A stretch of 64,000 bases of DNA, from NCBI RefSeq assembly GCF_964355755.1, contig NC_092677.1, forward strand, positions 26,461,175-26,525,174. The letters run 5' to 3'. Position numbers and translations under genes: made by a program. Source of the DNA: Antedon mediterranea. Lineage: Eukaryota; Animalia; Echinodermata. This document shows positions 62,417 through 64,000 of the stretch, one piece after another. Numbering within the stretch: the stretch's first letter is position 1; each line of letters opens with the position of its first letter. The notes under the pieces were generated by a model that saw only the letters and a list, made by a program, of their open reading frames with translations, ran no database searches and was not told the origin of the DNA.

Positions 62417-64000
62417 GGCTAGGCTGCTCAAATCCTTACTAAAATCAAGCGCAAGTCCTTCCTTTCTTCCCTTCCGAAATGAACTTGATTCAGCAGGCTT
62501 GAGAGAGGTGGCTTTGTGCTGACTCACGGGAAATCACTTCTTTCCTCCCGCGGCGCAAGTTGTTTTACCCGCGATAGTAAACTAAAATACACGTAGTACG
62601 AGTGAGCAGTCAGGAAACAGGTCTCTCTTCGACAGAGTTGTTCTAGTTTATGAATAAATTCTGTAAAGTACTGTATGAGAGGCTTCCTTGTTTCACAAGC
62701 CTATTTATTTTATTAATTACTTCTCATAGAAATTAAAAGTAAAATTTGAATTTTTTTTTATAAATTTGGGGGTCAGAGGTCAGTTGATGAGAAAGCAGAG
62801 CTTGTTATCATCAGTCTAGTAAACTAGTAAAGGTAATTTGCTAGCCTGCTGTACAACAAGTATTACAATCTCATAATAGGTGGCAACACAGTTACTAGTA
62901 TGAAACGAAAAGTGTGCATTAATTCACTTTTGGTTTGAAAACGTTTCCAATTATCCATACTACTACTATAGTTCCTACTTTAAATTCAATATTTTCAGGA
63001 AATATTAATTATATTGATTGATTAATCACCAGTTATTGTTAATCAAAATTTGTCTCCGATTTTTAAACATTATTCCGTTTATCATTCATGCGTTTATTTA
63101 AAGTTGATGATCTCTTTAGTCCAAAAAACCACAGAAGTGGCTGTCAACAACCACTAACCAATTCATTTATTTTATCGACATAAACCAAATACCGGTAGCA
63201 AATAAGTAATAATAAATAAGTACTGTAACAAGGGCATAAATATAATGCAACCAACTTAATACTAAATGTGCAATGCAGTATAGGTATATAACATTAACAA
63301 ACTCCAAAAAAAAGTGAGGCATGCCATTAAAATTCAATCTTTTTAATTTTATTTATTCATCTTCAGGAAACAAATATCAGACAGGTATCTAATGCAAAAT
63401 AAAATGCGTAATTTATTTTCTTTTAACCTTCAATCGCTTTGTACCTAATCGCTAATTCAAAAGCCTCAAGTCGTTTATGCCTCGCAGCATTTAGTTAGTA
63501 GTAATTGATTTTAGAAATCAAGTTATGATAATTGCTTGAGAACGAGATTCACTTACCCGCTGGAAAAAGACATCACGTTATAATAACTATAAATATTTAC
63601 TGCGAATTAACGGTCACCGATTTTATTGTAGTACTGTAGTATTATTCTATATACAGTGAATTCAATATACAGTAGTATTCCATGGAATTTCACTAATATT
63701 AATATGTGCGTAATCTGGTGAAAAACATGTTGGATTCTACCTTCAGAAGGTTAGATTTAGGAAATCACTTTAGCCTTGTTACGGGCAAAGAAACTCGCAG
63801 AAACAAACAAGTTTCTGTTAGTCGTGATTTGAATACGGATATAAAATATAGTAAATAATATTGTTAAATTACTATAACATATTCAGAACAATGATCTTAT
63901 AATCGCATCGAGCTGTAGCTCATCGATAAATAGTATTAAGTTTGCTTTTTATGAAATAAAAACAAAGAGAAACAAAACATAAGGTATATATCATTTTAAT

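Overview
AT-rich, intron-containing animal genomic DNA, probably a marine invertebrate deuterostome such as an echinoderm (inferred from composition, repeat content and abundant TAGGCCTA; not proven). From 26.5 to 62.4 kb (minus strand) lies a 15-coding-exon ARHGAP32/33-like gene (PX-like, SH3, RhoGAP, long disordered tail; about 1321 aa by my exon assembly). Its introns contain an ORF-intact DIRS1-type tyrosine-recombinase retrotransposon, many copies of one Harbinger-type MITE, LINE/SINE fragments and minisatellites. The most interesting part is 2.8-23.9 kb: a tandem array of two gene families I do not recognise, in strict alternation as head-to-head pairs, A(-)B(+) A(-)B(+) A(-)B(+) A(-)B(+). 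Family A has three exon-encoded ~80-105 aa modules and a C-terminal CaaX box. Family B has one module ending in an R-x-x-(G/S)-W-(R/K)-L-(W/F) motif and an amphipathic/hydrophobic tail. Two pairs (A1/B1, A4/B3) are intact. In the other two, both partners have lost their 5' ends together. All gene models were assembled by eye from splice signals and reading-frame phase, with no database searches.
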